A stretch of 64,000 nucleotides of DNA. Source: an uncultured Desulfatitalea sp. (GTDB lineage Bacteria > Desulfobacterota > Desulfobacteria > Desulfobacterales > Desulfosarcinaceae). The position numbers were made by a program, and so were the translations under genes. The stretch lies in the NCBI GenBank assembly GCA_963668675.2, contig CAXXMB010000001.1:1575694-1639693 (forward strand), in the 5' to 3' direction. Positions 1 through 9,288 of this stretch are shown one piece after another. Below the pieces are notes generated by a model, which had not been told where the DNA came from, made no database searches, and saw nothing but the letters and a program-made list of their open reading frames with translations. Within the stretch, counting starts at the first letter, position 1; each line of letters opens with the position of its first letter.

Positions 1-41
1 CGGCCACCGACAGTAATCTCGAAGCGGGGCGAGATGATACG

Positions 42-1781
42 ATGGTTGCCGCCTTGAATGTGGGCGAAAATGCCATTTCCGATGCAGCACACGGCGACCT
101 TATTAAGACCGGCACCGAGGTAAACAGCCTCGAAATCGACGAAGCCAACGCGTCCGAGCACGTCGCCGACAGTTGCGGGCCTGATGATACCGATTGCGCC
201 TCGGTCGAAAAGGAGCTTGCCCCGATTGACAAAGAGTCGCAATCCATTCTCGACGAAGCCCTCGTCTTTTGTGAAGAGAGCCAATCGGCATGGCAGGAGG
301 GTGAGTTGGACAGCGCCCTTGAGGCGCTGGACAGAGCCTACTCCCTGATTCTTGAAATCGATACCAAACAAAACGCCAAACTGATCCAACAAAAGGAGGA
401 CTTGCGTTTTCTCATCTCCAAACGCATTCTCGAGATCTATGCCTCCCGGAACATTGTTGTAAACGGTAACCATGACGAAATACCCATGGAGATGAACCGG
501 CACATCGAAAAAGAGCTGAAATCGTTCACGTCAGGGTATGAAAAAAAATATTTCGTCCAGGCATATGAACGCTCGGGCAAATATCGCCCCTATATGGTAA
601 AGGCGCTCAAAGAAGCCGGCCTTCCCGAAGAGCTCTCCTGGCTACCCCTGATCGAGAGCAACTTCAAGGTCAAAGCCCTCTCCAAGGCGAGGGCTCTTGG
701 ACTTTGGCAGTTCATCCCCTCCACCGGTTATAAATTCGGCCTCAAGCGCACCCGCTATATCGATGAACGGATCGATTTCATCAAATCCACAGACGCGGCC
801 GTTGCCTACCTGAAAGTGCTCCACAACATCTTTGGGGACTGGGCCACGGTACTTGCGGCCTATAACTGCGGGGAGGGCCGCGTCCTGAAAGTGATTCGAA
901 CCCAGAATGTGAACTACCTGGACAATTTCTGGGATCTTTACCAACGGCTGCCCCTCGAAACCGCCCGCTATGTGCCGCGCTTCTTTGCAACGCTGCACAT
1001 CGTTAAAAATGCGGAGAAATACGGTCTCGACCAGGCAATCGTCGATGAGCCGCTTGTCTATGACGAAGTGGAGATCAACCGGCAAGTGCACCTGAAAAAC
1101 GTGAGCAAGGCTATCGGCACAGACCTGAATGAACTCCAGGCCCTCAACCCGGAGCTGCGCTACTCCATCCTGCCGCCGGAACCCTACACCCTGCGCGTTC
1201 CCAAGGGCCATGCAGATACCCTGTTGGCAACACTCGAAACGGTTCCCACCACCACACTGCCGCAGCGAGCCTATGTGTGGCACCGTGTCCGCACCGGAGA
1301 GACTCTCGGCACCATCTCGAGACGCTACCGGACCAGCGTGGGACGTATCATGCGGGCCAACAACCTGCGCAGTTCCCACTTCATCAGGGCCGGAAAACGG
1401 CTCAAGATTCCTGTGCGCGGAACTGTCGTAGCTGCCTCACCCCCGCCGCCGAACACTAACTTTTCGGGCGTTCATCGGGTGACAAAGGGCGACTCCCTGT
1501 GGATCATCGCCAAGCGGTACCGCACCACCGTCAAGAAGATTGTGGCGCTGAACAACTTGCCCTCCAGCAACCTGCATATCGGCCAACGGCTGCAGATACC
1601 CGGCTACAAACCAGAGCCTCTGCCAGATGCCAACCAGTTGACCACCTATTATGTAAAAAGAGGGGACAGCCCGTTCACCATCGCCCAAAAACACAACATG
1701 CCGCTCGAGCGATTCCTGCGAATCAACCGCTTGACATCACGCAGTAAGATCTTTCCCGGGCAGAAGCTCTACATCGAGTAA
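42..1781 (+). CDS. mltD: Membrane-bound lytic murein transglycosylase D-like (SLT domain + 3 LysM); true start may lie upstream of the window
   Basis: SLT motifs LIES, A.GLWQF and AAYNCGEG, then three LysM repeats (HRVRTGETL, HRVTKGDSLW, YYVKRGDSP). Confidence 0.88.
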   Translation: MVAALNVGENAISDAAHGDLIKTGTEVNSLEIDEANASEHVADSCGPDDTDCASVEKELAPIDKESQSILDEALVFCEESQSAWQEGELDSALEALDRAYSLILEIDTKQNAKLIQQKEDLRFLISKRILEIYASRNIVVNGNHDEIPMEMNRHIEKELKSFTSGYEKKYFVQAYERSGKYRPYMVKALKEAGLPEELSWLPLIESNFKVKALSKARALGLWQFIPSTGYKFGLKRTRYIDERIDFIKSTDAAVAYLKVLHNIFGDWATVLAAYNCGEGRVLKVIRTQNVNYLDNFWDLYQRLPLETARYVPRFFATLHIVKNAEKYGLDQAIVDEPLVYDEVEINRQVHLKNVSKAIGTDLNELQALNPELRYSILPPEPYTLRVPKGHADTLLATLETVPTTTLPQRAYVWHRVRTGETLGTISRRYRTSVGRIMRANNLRSSHFIRAGKRLKIPVRGTVVAASPPPPNTNFSGVHRVTKGDSLWIIAKRYRTTVKKIVALNNLPSSNLHIGQRLQIPGYKPEPLPDANQLTTYYVKRGDSPFTIAQKHNMPLERFLRINRLTSRSKIFPGQKLYIE

Positions 1782-1930
1782 ACCGGAACAGCCTGCCTCC
1801 TGAAATGGCGCCCTATATTCGAGGAGCGATCCCTCTTCGCCGATTATGCAGCGGAAATGTAGTTTGGAGGGCACTCTGCCTATTTTAAAATGCCGATCAT
1901 TGTGATATTTCGCTGACAAAACCAAAACAT

Positions 1931-2006
1931 GCCTCCGTAGCTCAGGGGATAGAGCAGCAGATTCCTAATCTGTTGGCCGCAGGTTCGATTCCTGCCGGGG
2001 GCACCA
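1931..2006 (+). tRNA. tRNA-Arg(CCT)
   Basis: Cloverleaf with D arm (GCTCAG..GGATAGAGC), anticodon arm GCAGA-TTCCTAA-TCTGT, GGTTCGATTCC T loop and encoded CCA end. Confidence 0.96.
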
Positions 2007-2016
2007 AACGAAAAAA

Positions 2017-2045
2017 AAGGCCTGTCTCCTTGGCCGACAGGCCTT
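2017..2045. terminator. Hairpin downstream of the tRNA, probable (bidirectional) intrinsic terminator
   Basis: AAGGCCTGTC...GACAGGCCTT inverted repeat preceded by an A run, between convergent transcription units. Confidence 0.6.
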
Positions 2046-2150
2046 CAACACTTTCATCATCACCGATCACCAGCCACTTTCATCTTCCCAACGACCGATT
2101 ACCGGTGATAAGCCCCGTTGTCACGAATCATTGAAATGAGCGACGCTGAA

Positions 2151-2774
2151 CTAAATATGCTTGAAACCATCCTTTGAGATGTATGCATAAGAGAGCGGTT
2201 CGGACACCTCTTCATCGATCTTGGCCAGGCGTTCCATCTCCTGGCGGACGACGGTAATCACACTGTCCAGTTCGCCTCTCTGCTGAACGATCTGATGTAG
2301 GCGATGCTCCAACTTGATGATGCGCGGCACACTGAAGCTGGTACCGATTTCGTCGCTATCCAGTAAAGGCAGTTTTCGTTTGGTCCACAGCAGGTAGATG
2401 TGAAACGGTTTTTCGGGATCGTTGGCAGTATAGCCACCCAGGATGAACGTCACCTGGTGGATCGGGTCGATCGGCTGGATCTCACAGGTTTTGCGCATAA
2501 AACGCTCATATTCGGTGGCAAGGAATGGCAGTGCCGCCTGGTAGATATCGTCGACATAGGTGAGGTTCTCATCATCTATGAAGCGCTTCAACGACTCGCA
2601 CATCGATTCGCCCGCGGCTGCACCACCATTCAGGATGGCGGCATGGTCGGAAAGCGGGTGCAAACGATCCACCTTGAGCTCTATCAAGTTTCCGTTGGCG
2701 TCCACATCAACCGCTTTACCGTCTGCACCGAAGACAATACCATCTTGGGATTTACAGGCAATCAATTGAGACAT
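2151..2774 (-). CDS. Ntn-hydrolase / proteasome-beta-subunit-like protein
   Basis: N-terminus (M)SQLIACKSQDGIVFGADGK puts Ser at position 1 and Asp at 17 as in proteasome beta/HslV folds; also has a FILGGY strand. Confidence 0.6.
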   Translation of the reverse strand: MSQLIACKSQDGIVFGADGKAVDVDANGNLIELKVDRLHPLSDHAAILNGGAAAGESMCESLKRFIDDENLTYVDDIYQAALPFLATEYERFMRKTCEIQPIDPIHQVTFILGGYTANDPEKPFHIYLLWTKRKLPLLDSDEIGTSFSVPRIIKLEHRLHQIVQQRGELDSVITVVRQEMERLAKIDEEVSEPLSYAYISKDGFKHI

Positions 2775-3006
2775 CTCTCTTTTCCTCTCTTCTCAAATTG
2801 GTTACGGCTTAATGCTCTTGTATTACGTTCTGCTCTGCCTGATTTCCCTGCCATATCAGCACGGTGACATGCCTTCGTGAAATTGCATGCAGGCAGATTT
2901 GGTTCAAACATTTATAATGTAAATCAGAGCGGGCCAATTACCAGAGCAAAGCAGGATTTTTTATGCCCGGTTTGCGTGCTGTGCAAAGAGAGGTAATTTA
3001 CCATGC

Positions 3007-4368
3007 CTATTGGGTATCGTCCCGCTGGCCGGCCAACTGCTGACGCCAGTGATCGAGACGCTGCTTGATCAGCTTTTCATAGCCGCGCTCCCGAGGAAGG
3101 TAGTAGTGGTTTCCCTGGAGCTGTTCAGGCAGATAGCGCTGGGGAACGAAGGCCTCATCGTAGTCGTGAGCGTATTTGTAGTCTCGGCCATAACCCAACG
3201 ATTTCATTAACTGGGTGGGGGCATTGCGAATATGCAGGGGCACCGGCAGTGTACCTGTTTTCCCGATCACTGCTTGCACACGGCCGTAGGCTTTGTAGAT
3301 ACTGTTGCTCTTGGCCGCGGTGGCCAAATAGACCGCCGCCTGGGCCAGAGCCAGTTCGCCTTCGGGAGGACCGATGAAACGAAATGCCTCAACGGCCGCC
3401 ATGGTCAATCGCAAGGCGTAGGGGTCGGCATTGCCGATATCTTCGGACGCAAAACGAACCATGCGCCTGGCCACATAGAGCGGGTCCTCGCCCGCAGTCA
3501 ACATGCGTGCCAGCCAATAGAGAGCGGCATCCGGGTCGCTGCCGCGGAGGCTTTTGTGGAATGCCGAGATCAGGTTATAATGCTCCTCGCCGGCTTTGTC
3601 GTATTGAAGCGCCTTTTGCTGCACGGCTTGCTCGACATCACCCATCTCGATGGACCTGGGTGACTGGTCCAGGGGCGGCCCTTTGCGCGCCAGCGTCAAG
3701 AAGGCGGCCATCTCAAGATTGTTCAATGCTGCCCGGGCATCTCCGTCGGAGAGTCGGATCAAATGACCTGCCGACTCAGGATCTATCACGAGCCGGTGGC
3801 GCCCCAATCCACTCTCCACATCCGTCAGTGCCCGGTCCAAAATGGCGAGCAGATCCTTCTCGGTCAATGGTTTGAGGATCATCACGCGGCAACGGGAGAG
3901 CAGTGGCGCAATCACTTCAAACGAGGGGTTCTCGGTGGTCGCCCCGATGAGGGTCAAGAGGCCGCTTTCGACATGGTGGAGGAAGGCATCCTGCTGGGAC
4001 TTGTTGAAGCGGTGAATTTCATCCACGAACAGGACGGTACGCATGTCATGCAAACGCTCCTGTTCGCGCGCCTCTTCTATCACCGCGCGGATCTCTTTGA
4101 CCCCTGACAGCACTGCCGAAAAATGGAGGAAATGGGAGCCGGACGTCTGGGCGATGATGCGGGCCAGGGTGGTCTTGCCCGAACCGGGCGGCCCCCACAG
4201 GATCATTGAAAAAATGCGGTCGTTTCGTATCGCTTCGGCCAATAGCGTGCCCGGCCCGACAATCTCCGTATGACCGATGAAATCATCCAGCATGCCAGGC
4301 CGCATGCGCTCTGCCAAAGGCCTGGACTCCGTCTTTTGATTTTTGTCTGCTGTATCGAAGATATCCAT
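3007..4368 (-). CDS. rarA: Replication-associated recombination protein A (AAA+ ATPase)
   Basis: PLAERMRP, Walker A GPPGSGKTT, DEIHRFNKSQQD, ATTENPSF, SAFHKSLRGSDPDA, HIRNAPT; start placed at MDIFD. Confidence 0.95.
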   Translation of the reverse strand: MDIFDTADKNQKTESRPLAERMRPGMLDDFIGHTEIVGPGTLLAEAIRNDRIFSMILWGPPGSGKTTLARIIAQTSGSHFLHFSAVLSGVKEIRAVIEEAREQERLHDMRTVLFVDEIHRFNKSQQDAFLHHVESGLLTLIGATTENPSFEVIAPLLSRCRVMILKPLTEKDLLAILDRALTDVESGLGRHRLVIDPESAGHLIRLSDGDARAALNNLEMAAFLTLARKGPPLDQSPRSIEMGDVEQAVQQKALQYDKAGEEHYNLISAFHKSLRGSDPDAALYWLARMLTAGEDPLYVARRMVRFASEDIGNADPYALRLTMAAVEAFRFIGPPEGELALAQAAVYLATAAKSNSIYKAYGRVQAVIGKTGTLPVPLHIRNAPTQLMKSLGYGRDYKYAHDYDEAFVPQRYLPEQLQGNHYYLPRERGYEKLIKQRLDHWRQQLAGQRDDTQ

Positions 4369-4622
4369 ATATCTGTTGCCCAAAGGGTAAAAAAGCCAGT
4401 CCGTTTCTCTTGAATTGCCCAAACCGGAAAAAAAAGACAAGGGAAATAAAATTCCTGCCGCACTCGTCCATTGTGCTCATTTCCATTTACATCGCAGTTA
4501 TAAGCATTAGATTTCTTGCAATTCGAGGGCTGCTTTGGAACAGTGAATCCTCTTACCAACTGAAAAAGCCTAAATTCCGGTAAGCAGCCGGGTTGCTTTC
4601 ACCCCATCAACTGAGAGGTTTT

Positions 4623-6641
4623 ATGTCAAAGTCAATTAAATGGACGCTGATTGCCTTCGTCGGTTTGGCGGTTGTCATCCTCGTGGCCGTCATCCTGGCC
4701 CCCATGTTAATCAACTTTGAGAAGTACAAACCGGCCATTGAAGCGAAAGCATCCCAAGTTATCGGCAGACCGGTGGTCCTGGAGGGCCAGATCGCCCCTT
4801 CCGTCTTTCCCTGGATCGGCCTTGCCCTCTCCGATGCAAGGATCGAGAATCCGGCCGGTTTCAGTGAAAAGGTCTTTGTCGATATCGGCCTGTTCGAAGT
4901 TCGCATCAAACTTCTGCCATTGATCTTCGGCAATTATGAAATCAAGCGATTTGTCGTTAAAAGCCCCCATATTGTCCTGGAGAAGACCATCTCCGGTAAA
5001 AGCAACCTGGAGGGGCTGGGCGGCGCATCGACACCTCCAAAGAGTGCACCCCTTAAACTGCCACCGGCTCAAGACGCCTCCGGGAAAGGAGCGGGAGAGC
5101 TTCCGATCAAAGCCCTGAGAGCAGATGAGTTCACCATCACCGACGGCCGCCTGCTCATCCTGGACCATAAGGCTGGAACACGACATGAAATAAAGGATAT
5201 GAGCCTGGTCCTCAACGACCTCTCGTTCGACCGGCCGATCGGGCTGGATCTCAAAGCGGTTGCGGATGGCCACCCGATCCAACTGAGAGGAACGGCCGGA
5301 CCGCTTGGTTCGGAGATCGGACAGCAAGCGATTCAACTCGACCTCATTGCGACGCTGATCGACAAGATCAATGTAAAGATAAAGGGAGAGGTCGATAACA
5401 TTTTGAAAACACCGCGTTTTCGACTTGACATTCAGATCCCCTCCTTCTCCCTGCGTGAAGCACTGGCCGAGGCCGATATCGCAATGCCCTTTGCGCCTGC
5501 CGACGAGAAGGTATTGAACCATATCGCTTTAAGCATGAAACTTGCCGGGCAGCCGGATGCCGTGTCGATCTCGGATGGCACGCTCACCCTGGATGACTCA
5601 AAAATAGTCTTCAAGGCCCGGGGGCACACCTGGGAAAAACCGGATCTGCAACTCTCGGCCGAGTTGGATAGTATCGATCTGGACCGCTATCTGCCGCCTG
5701 CCGCGGACAAAAAGGATTCAGGTGACACAGGCACCACCGCACCCGCAAAAAAGAGCTCCGAAACCGATTACGCCCCCTTGCGCAAACTGGTGTTGGATGC
5801 CGAGATAAAAGCGGGCCGGATAAAGGCCAAAAACCTGAACATGCAGAACATCACCGTCAAAGCCACGGCACGCAATGGCATCATCCGCCTCGAACCGATG
5901 GGGATGGATCTGTACAAAGGTCATCTGAGCGCAAAGAGCACCGTCAATGTGCAAGCCAACAAACCAGTGAGCAACGTCGATCTAACCCTCAACGGCGTCC
6001 AGTCGGCCCCTCTGATCAAAGATTTACTTGATAAAGAGATGATCGAGGGCGCGATGACCGCTGTCCTCAACCTGGGATTCAGCGGCGACAGCGCAGACGC
6101 GATCCGAAAAACCTTAAGCGGCAACGGCAGGCTCCAATTTGCCGACGGCGCCATCGTCGGCATCGACCTGGCCGGTATGGTGCGTAACGTCCAGTCGGCC
6201 TTCGGCTTGGCCGAAAAAGTCTCGGAAAAACCACGAACCGATTTCAGCGAGTTGGATGTGCCATTTTCAGCCGCCAATGGCGTGACACGGCTGGAGATGG
6301 CGAAACTCGTATCCCCCCTGCTCCGCATCACCGCAGATGGAACTGCCGATCTGGCTGAGGAGACATTGAATCTCCGCGTCGATCCCAAATTCGTGGCCAC
6401 TTTGAAGGGCCAGGGAGACACCAAGGAGCGTTCCGGCGTGATGGTGCCGATTGTCGTGGGAGGAACATTCGAAAAACCCAAGTTCAAACCCGACCTGAAA
6501 GCCCTGCTGAATCAACCGCTCCCAGACAAAAAGGCACTCAAAGAGGCCCTCCCGCCCAAAGAAGAAGTGAAGCAGGAGTTGGAGCAAACGGCCAGGGATC
6601 TGCTCAAGGGGCTGACCACCAAAGAGCGGGACAAGGAATAA
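4623..6641 (+). CDS. asmA: AsmA family protein
   Basis: N-terminal TM anchor, typical AsmA N region (SVFPWIGL, NP.GF) and C-terminal T.F..L / SPLLR / L.VDP motifs. Confidence 0.85.
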   Translation: MSKSIKWTLIAFVGLAVVILVAVILAPMLINFEKYKPAIEAKASQVIGRPVVLEGQIAPSVFPWIGLALSDARIENPAGFSEKVFVDIGLFEVRIKLLPLIFGNYEIKRFVVKSPHIVLEKTISGKSNLEGLGGASTPPKSAPLKLPPAQDASGKGAGELPIKALRADEFTITDGRLLILDHKAGTRHEIKDMSLVLNDLSFDRPIGLDLKAVADGHPIQLRGTAGPLGSEIGQQAIQLDLIATLIDKINVKIKGEVDNILKTPRFRLDIQIPSFSLREALAEADIAMPFAPADEKVLNHIALSMKLAGQPDAVSISDGTLTLDDSKIVFKARGHTWEKPDLQLSAELDSIDLDRYLPPAADKKDSGDTGTTAPAKKSSETDYAPLRKLVLDAEIKAGRIKAKNLNMQNITVKATARNGIIRLEPMGMDLYKGHLSAKSTVNVQANKPVSNVDLTLNGVQSAPLIKDLLDKEMIEGAMTAVLNLGFSGDSADAIRKTLSGNGRLQFADGAIVGIDLAGMVRNVQSAFGLAEKVSEKPRTDFSELDVPFSAANGVTRLEMAKLVSPLLRITADGTADLAEETLNLRVDPKFVATLKGQGDTKERSGVMVPIVVGGTFEKPKFKPDLKALLNQPLPDKKALKEALPPKEEVKQELEQTARDLLKGLTTKERDKE

Positions 6642-6647
6642 AGGCTT

Positions 6648-7172
6648 ATGCAGAAGGACTTCAACTTAAAGCGTCTCGCCACCCTGTGCGGGTTGGCATT
6701 GGCGTTGTTGGTTTCCGGATGCGCAACCATGGGGAGCGAATTTGAACAACCCCATATCAATCTGGTCGCCATCCGGCTGATGGAAATCAAAGGATTCGAA
6801 TCGATCTTCCAGGTCGATTTAAGGGTGTCGAACCCCAACGCCCGCGCCCTTCCGATTCAAGGCGTAGAGTGCGATCTGGCGCTCAACGGCCACCACCTGG
6901 CCAAAGGGGTCGCCAACCCGGAAAAGGAGATTCCGGCTTACGGCAGCGAGATCGTCGCGGTCAATGTATATGCATCGGTGTTGGACATGGCAGGCGTCGC
7001 CGGGCGTCTCCTCCAAAACCTCCAGGACGACACCTCCGATGAAAAGTGGAGCTATACCGCCAAAGGCCAGATCAGGTTGAGCAGCATAGTGTGGCCTGGT
7101 AAAATTCCCTTTGACGCCAAAGGAGAGATCGATCTTAATGAATTGTTATCAAAGCAATTGCGGTCAAGATAA
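6648..7172 (+). CDS. LEA type 2 (WHy-domain) lipoprotein
   Basis: Lipobox VSGC and LRVSNPN motif. Confidence 0.8.
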   Translation: MQKDFNLKRLATLCGLALALLVSGCATMGSEFEQPHINLVAIRLMEIKGFESIFQVDLRVSNPNARALPIQGVECDLALNGHHLAKGVANPEKEIPAYGSEIVAVNVYASVLDMAGVAGRLLQNLQDDTSDEKWSYTAKGQIRLSSIVWPGKIPFDAKGEIDLNELLSKQLRSR

Positions 7173-7205
7173 TCCAGCATCGACAGAACACCTTCACTTT
7201 CAACT

Positions 7206-7353
7206 GATTGAACCGGCAATTAAACAGGCAAACCTTCATCATCCCGGATGTGATCCGGAATCCAGTCATCACCTGGATAGCGCCAAAGATTCACTGCGTG
7301 CCCGGCTTTCGCCGGAATGACGTCTGTTGATATTTTTAGTTGCCAGGTTAATA
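7206..7353. repeat. MITE/REP-like element family A, copy 1
   Basis: Imperfect terminal IR (TTGAACCGGCAATTAAA / TTTAGTTGCCAGGTTAA) and internal TCATCCCGGA..TCCGGAATCCAG..CTGGAT..CCGGAATGAC hairpins; homologous to 43017-43168. Confidence 0.75.
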
Positions 7354-7383
7354 ACTTCAGGGTTTGTATAATTTACATAAGAA

Positions 7384-7565
7384 GGCGAGGTCCAGTGGGT
7401 GGGCTGCACCTGTTCAGCATTGCATGTTAGTGCCGCTTAGGTGCGGCGGAGGATCAGCGGCCCGGACTGTTTGAGCGCAAGCGAGTTTCCGGGACGCCCG
7501 GAGCCGCACCCTAGCGGCACTTGCATGCGTTTGCGTCAGGTGCAGACCACCCACTGGACCTCGCC
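7384..7565. repeat. ~180-bp long-hairpin element family B, copy 1
   Basis: Nested inverted arms GGCGAGGTCCAGTGGGTGG...CCACCCACTGGACCTCGCC; second copy at 24676-24854. Confidence 0.85.
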
Positions 7566-7638
7566 GGATCATCACCTCGACGGTTGAATTTCACCCCGCC
7601 TACCCGCACAGCTGCACCTTCACTGTACCCCGTAACCG

Positions 7639-8307
7639 CTACCTATGCTTCACCACCCCGACCCGCGCGCACATCTGCGCCACCGGGCAGCGGCTGCAAA
7701 AGGGGGAGATGGGCCGGCAAAGCACCTGGCCAAAAGCCACCAGCAACTCATTGTAGCGGATCCAGTGTTTGCGCGGCAGTTTGTCGCGCAACGCCATTTC
7801 GGTCTGCTCGGGCGTCCGGGTCTCGACATAGCCGATGCGGTTGCTGATGCGATGCACGTGGGTGTCCACGCAAATGGCGTCCTGTTTGTAGCCCTCTACC
7901 AGCACCAGATTGGCGGTCTTGCGTCCCACCCCGGGCAGGGCCAGCAGCCCCTCCATCGTATCAGGCACCTGCCCCGCGTGCTGGTCGAGAATGATGCGAC
8001 TGATCTCCATCAGCCGCTTGGACTTGGTCGGATAGAAGCCGACCGGATAGATCAGTTTGGCCACCCGCCGCTCCCCCAGGGCCAACATCTGTTCAGGTGT
8101 GCGCGCCTGGGCAAAGAGTCGGGCCGCCGCTTCCGACGTCACCTCATCCTTGGTGCGCAAGGACAAGAGGGTCGATACAAGCACCTCGAAAGGGGTCGCG
8201 CCCCGATTGGCCAGGAAGGTGATAATCGGTGCCTGCCACTGGGCGTATGCGGCGGTAAGCTGCTCCACAAATCGGTCGATATTAAACTTTTTCGATGCCT
8301 TGGCCAT
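7639..8307 (-). CDS. nth: Endonuclease III
   Basis: HhH motif LPGVGRKTANLV, VDTHVHR and C-terminal Fe-S motif CxxxxxxCxxCxxxxxC. Confidence 0.93.
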   Translation of the reverse strand: MAKASKKFNIDRFVEQLTAAYAQWQAPIITFLANRGATPFEVLVSTLLSLRTKDEVTSEAAARLFAQARTPEQMLALGERRVAKLIYPVGFYPTKSKRLMEISRIILDQHAGQVPDTMEGLLALPGVGRKTANLVLVEGYKQDAICVDTHVHRISNRIGYVETRTPEQTEMALRDKLPRKHWIRYNELLVAFGQVLCRPISPFCSRCPVAQMCARVGVVKHR

Positions 8308-8390
8308 ATCTCTCCCCATGGATTCAAAATCGGTCCGGAATCATAGCCCACTGCCGAAAGCGTGTAAAGCGGCACCTGACGGTGAAGGAG

Positions 8391-8453
8391 ACATGTAAAA
8401 AATAAAATTGACATAAAGATTTACATTGACATTTACATGTCGCCAACTATAGT
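8391..8453 (+). promoter_or_regulatory. sigma70-type lexA promoter overlapped by TT(G/T)ACAT repeats (candidate LexA operator)
   Basis: TTGACA at 8426-8431, 16-bp spacer, TATAGT at 8448-8453; TTKACAT at 8408, 8420, 8426 and 8432; inverted ACATGTAAA at 8391. Confidence 0.6.
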
Positions 8454-8481
8454 GAAACAAACCACGAAAAACGGAGTGACA

Positions 8482-9108
8482 ATGCAACCACAGCTTACCC
8501 CCAAACAGCAGCAGCTCTTCGACTACCTGGGCCAGGTGATCGACCGCGACGGAAGGGCTCCCAGCCTGCGGGAGGCTGCCGCCGATCTGGGTGTCAGCCA
8601 TGCGGCCATCGCCCAGGGGCTCAGGGCCCTGGAAGAGAAGGGATACGTGATGCGCGAGGGGCGCTACAGCCGGACCCTTTACCTGCTCAATCCGGCCCAG
8701 CAGCCCGTGGCATCGCACCGCTGGCGCGAAGTTCCCATCATCGGCCGGGTCACCGCCGGCCTGCCCATGTACGCCCAGCAGGAGTGGGACGGCACAGTGG
8801 TCGTGGACGCCGCCCTGTACAAGGCGCAGCACCTGTTTGCCCTGCGGGTGCGCGGCGACTCCATGCGGGAGGCCGCCATTCTGGACGGCGATCTGGCCAT
8901 CTGCACGCCGCGCCAGTACGCCAGCAACGGCGAAATCGTGGTGGCCCTGGTGCACGGCGAAGAGGCCACGGTCAAGCGCTTCTTCCTGCGTAAAAAACGC
9001 ATCGAGCTGCGACCGGAAAACCCCGACTTCAAACCCATGTTTTACAGCTTTGACGAGGTGCTGGTGCAGGGCAAGGTGATCGGCATCCAACGCACGACGG
9101 TTGCGTAG
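8482..9108 (+). CDS. lexA: LexA repressor
   Basis: N-terminal wHTH (LTPKQ..PSLRE), Ala-Gly cleavage site (VTAGLP), catalytic Ser (GDSM) and Lys (TVKR). Confidence 0.95.
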   Translation: MQPQLTPKQQQLFDYLGQVIDRDGRAPSLREAAADLGVSHAAIAQGLRALEEKGYVMREGRYSRTLYLLNPAQQPVASHRWREVPIIGRVTAGLPMYAQQEWDGTVVVDAALYKAQHLFALRVRGDSMREAAILDGDLAICTPRQYASNGEIVVALVHGEEATVKRFFLRKKRIELRPENPDFKPMFYSFDEVLVQGKVIGIQRTTVA

Positions 9109-9251
9109 AACCTATCTCAAAAAAGTCTTTTGGCCCAATATCTTTGTTGGCTCCCCGTTTCAAGTCCTCGACATACTCGAGTATGCCTGCGGGTTGAACA
9201 CGTGAAGCCGCCGCAATCTTGAACCAAAATCCGTTTTTGAAATAGGTTCTA
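9106..9251. mobile_element. MITE family C (146 bp) inserted at the lexA stop codon
   Basis: Terminal IR TAGAACCTATCTCAAAA / TTTTGAAATAGGTTCTA with TA at both ends; no convincing ORF. Confidence 0.8.
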
Positions 9252-9288
9252 TTACCATCCGACGAAGGGGAGAAGACGATAGCGATCC

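Noticed and set aside
1931..2006. tRNA as integration site of a genomic island
   Set aside because: Flanking genes are core-like; I saw no integrase and no duplicated tRNA 3' end.
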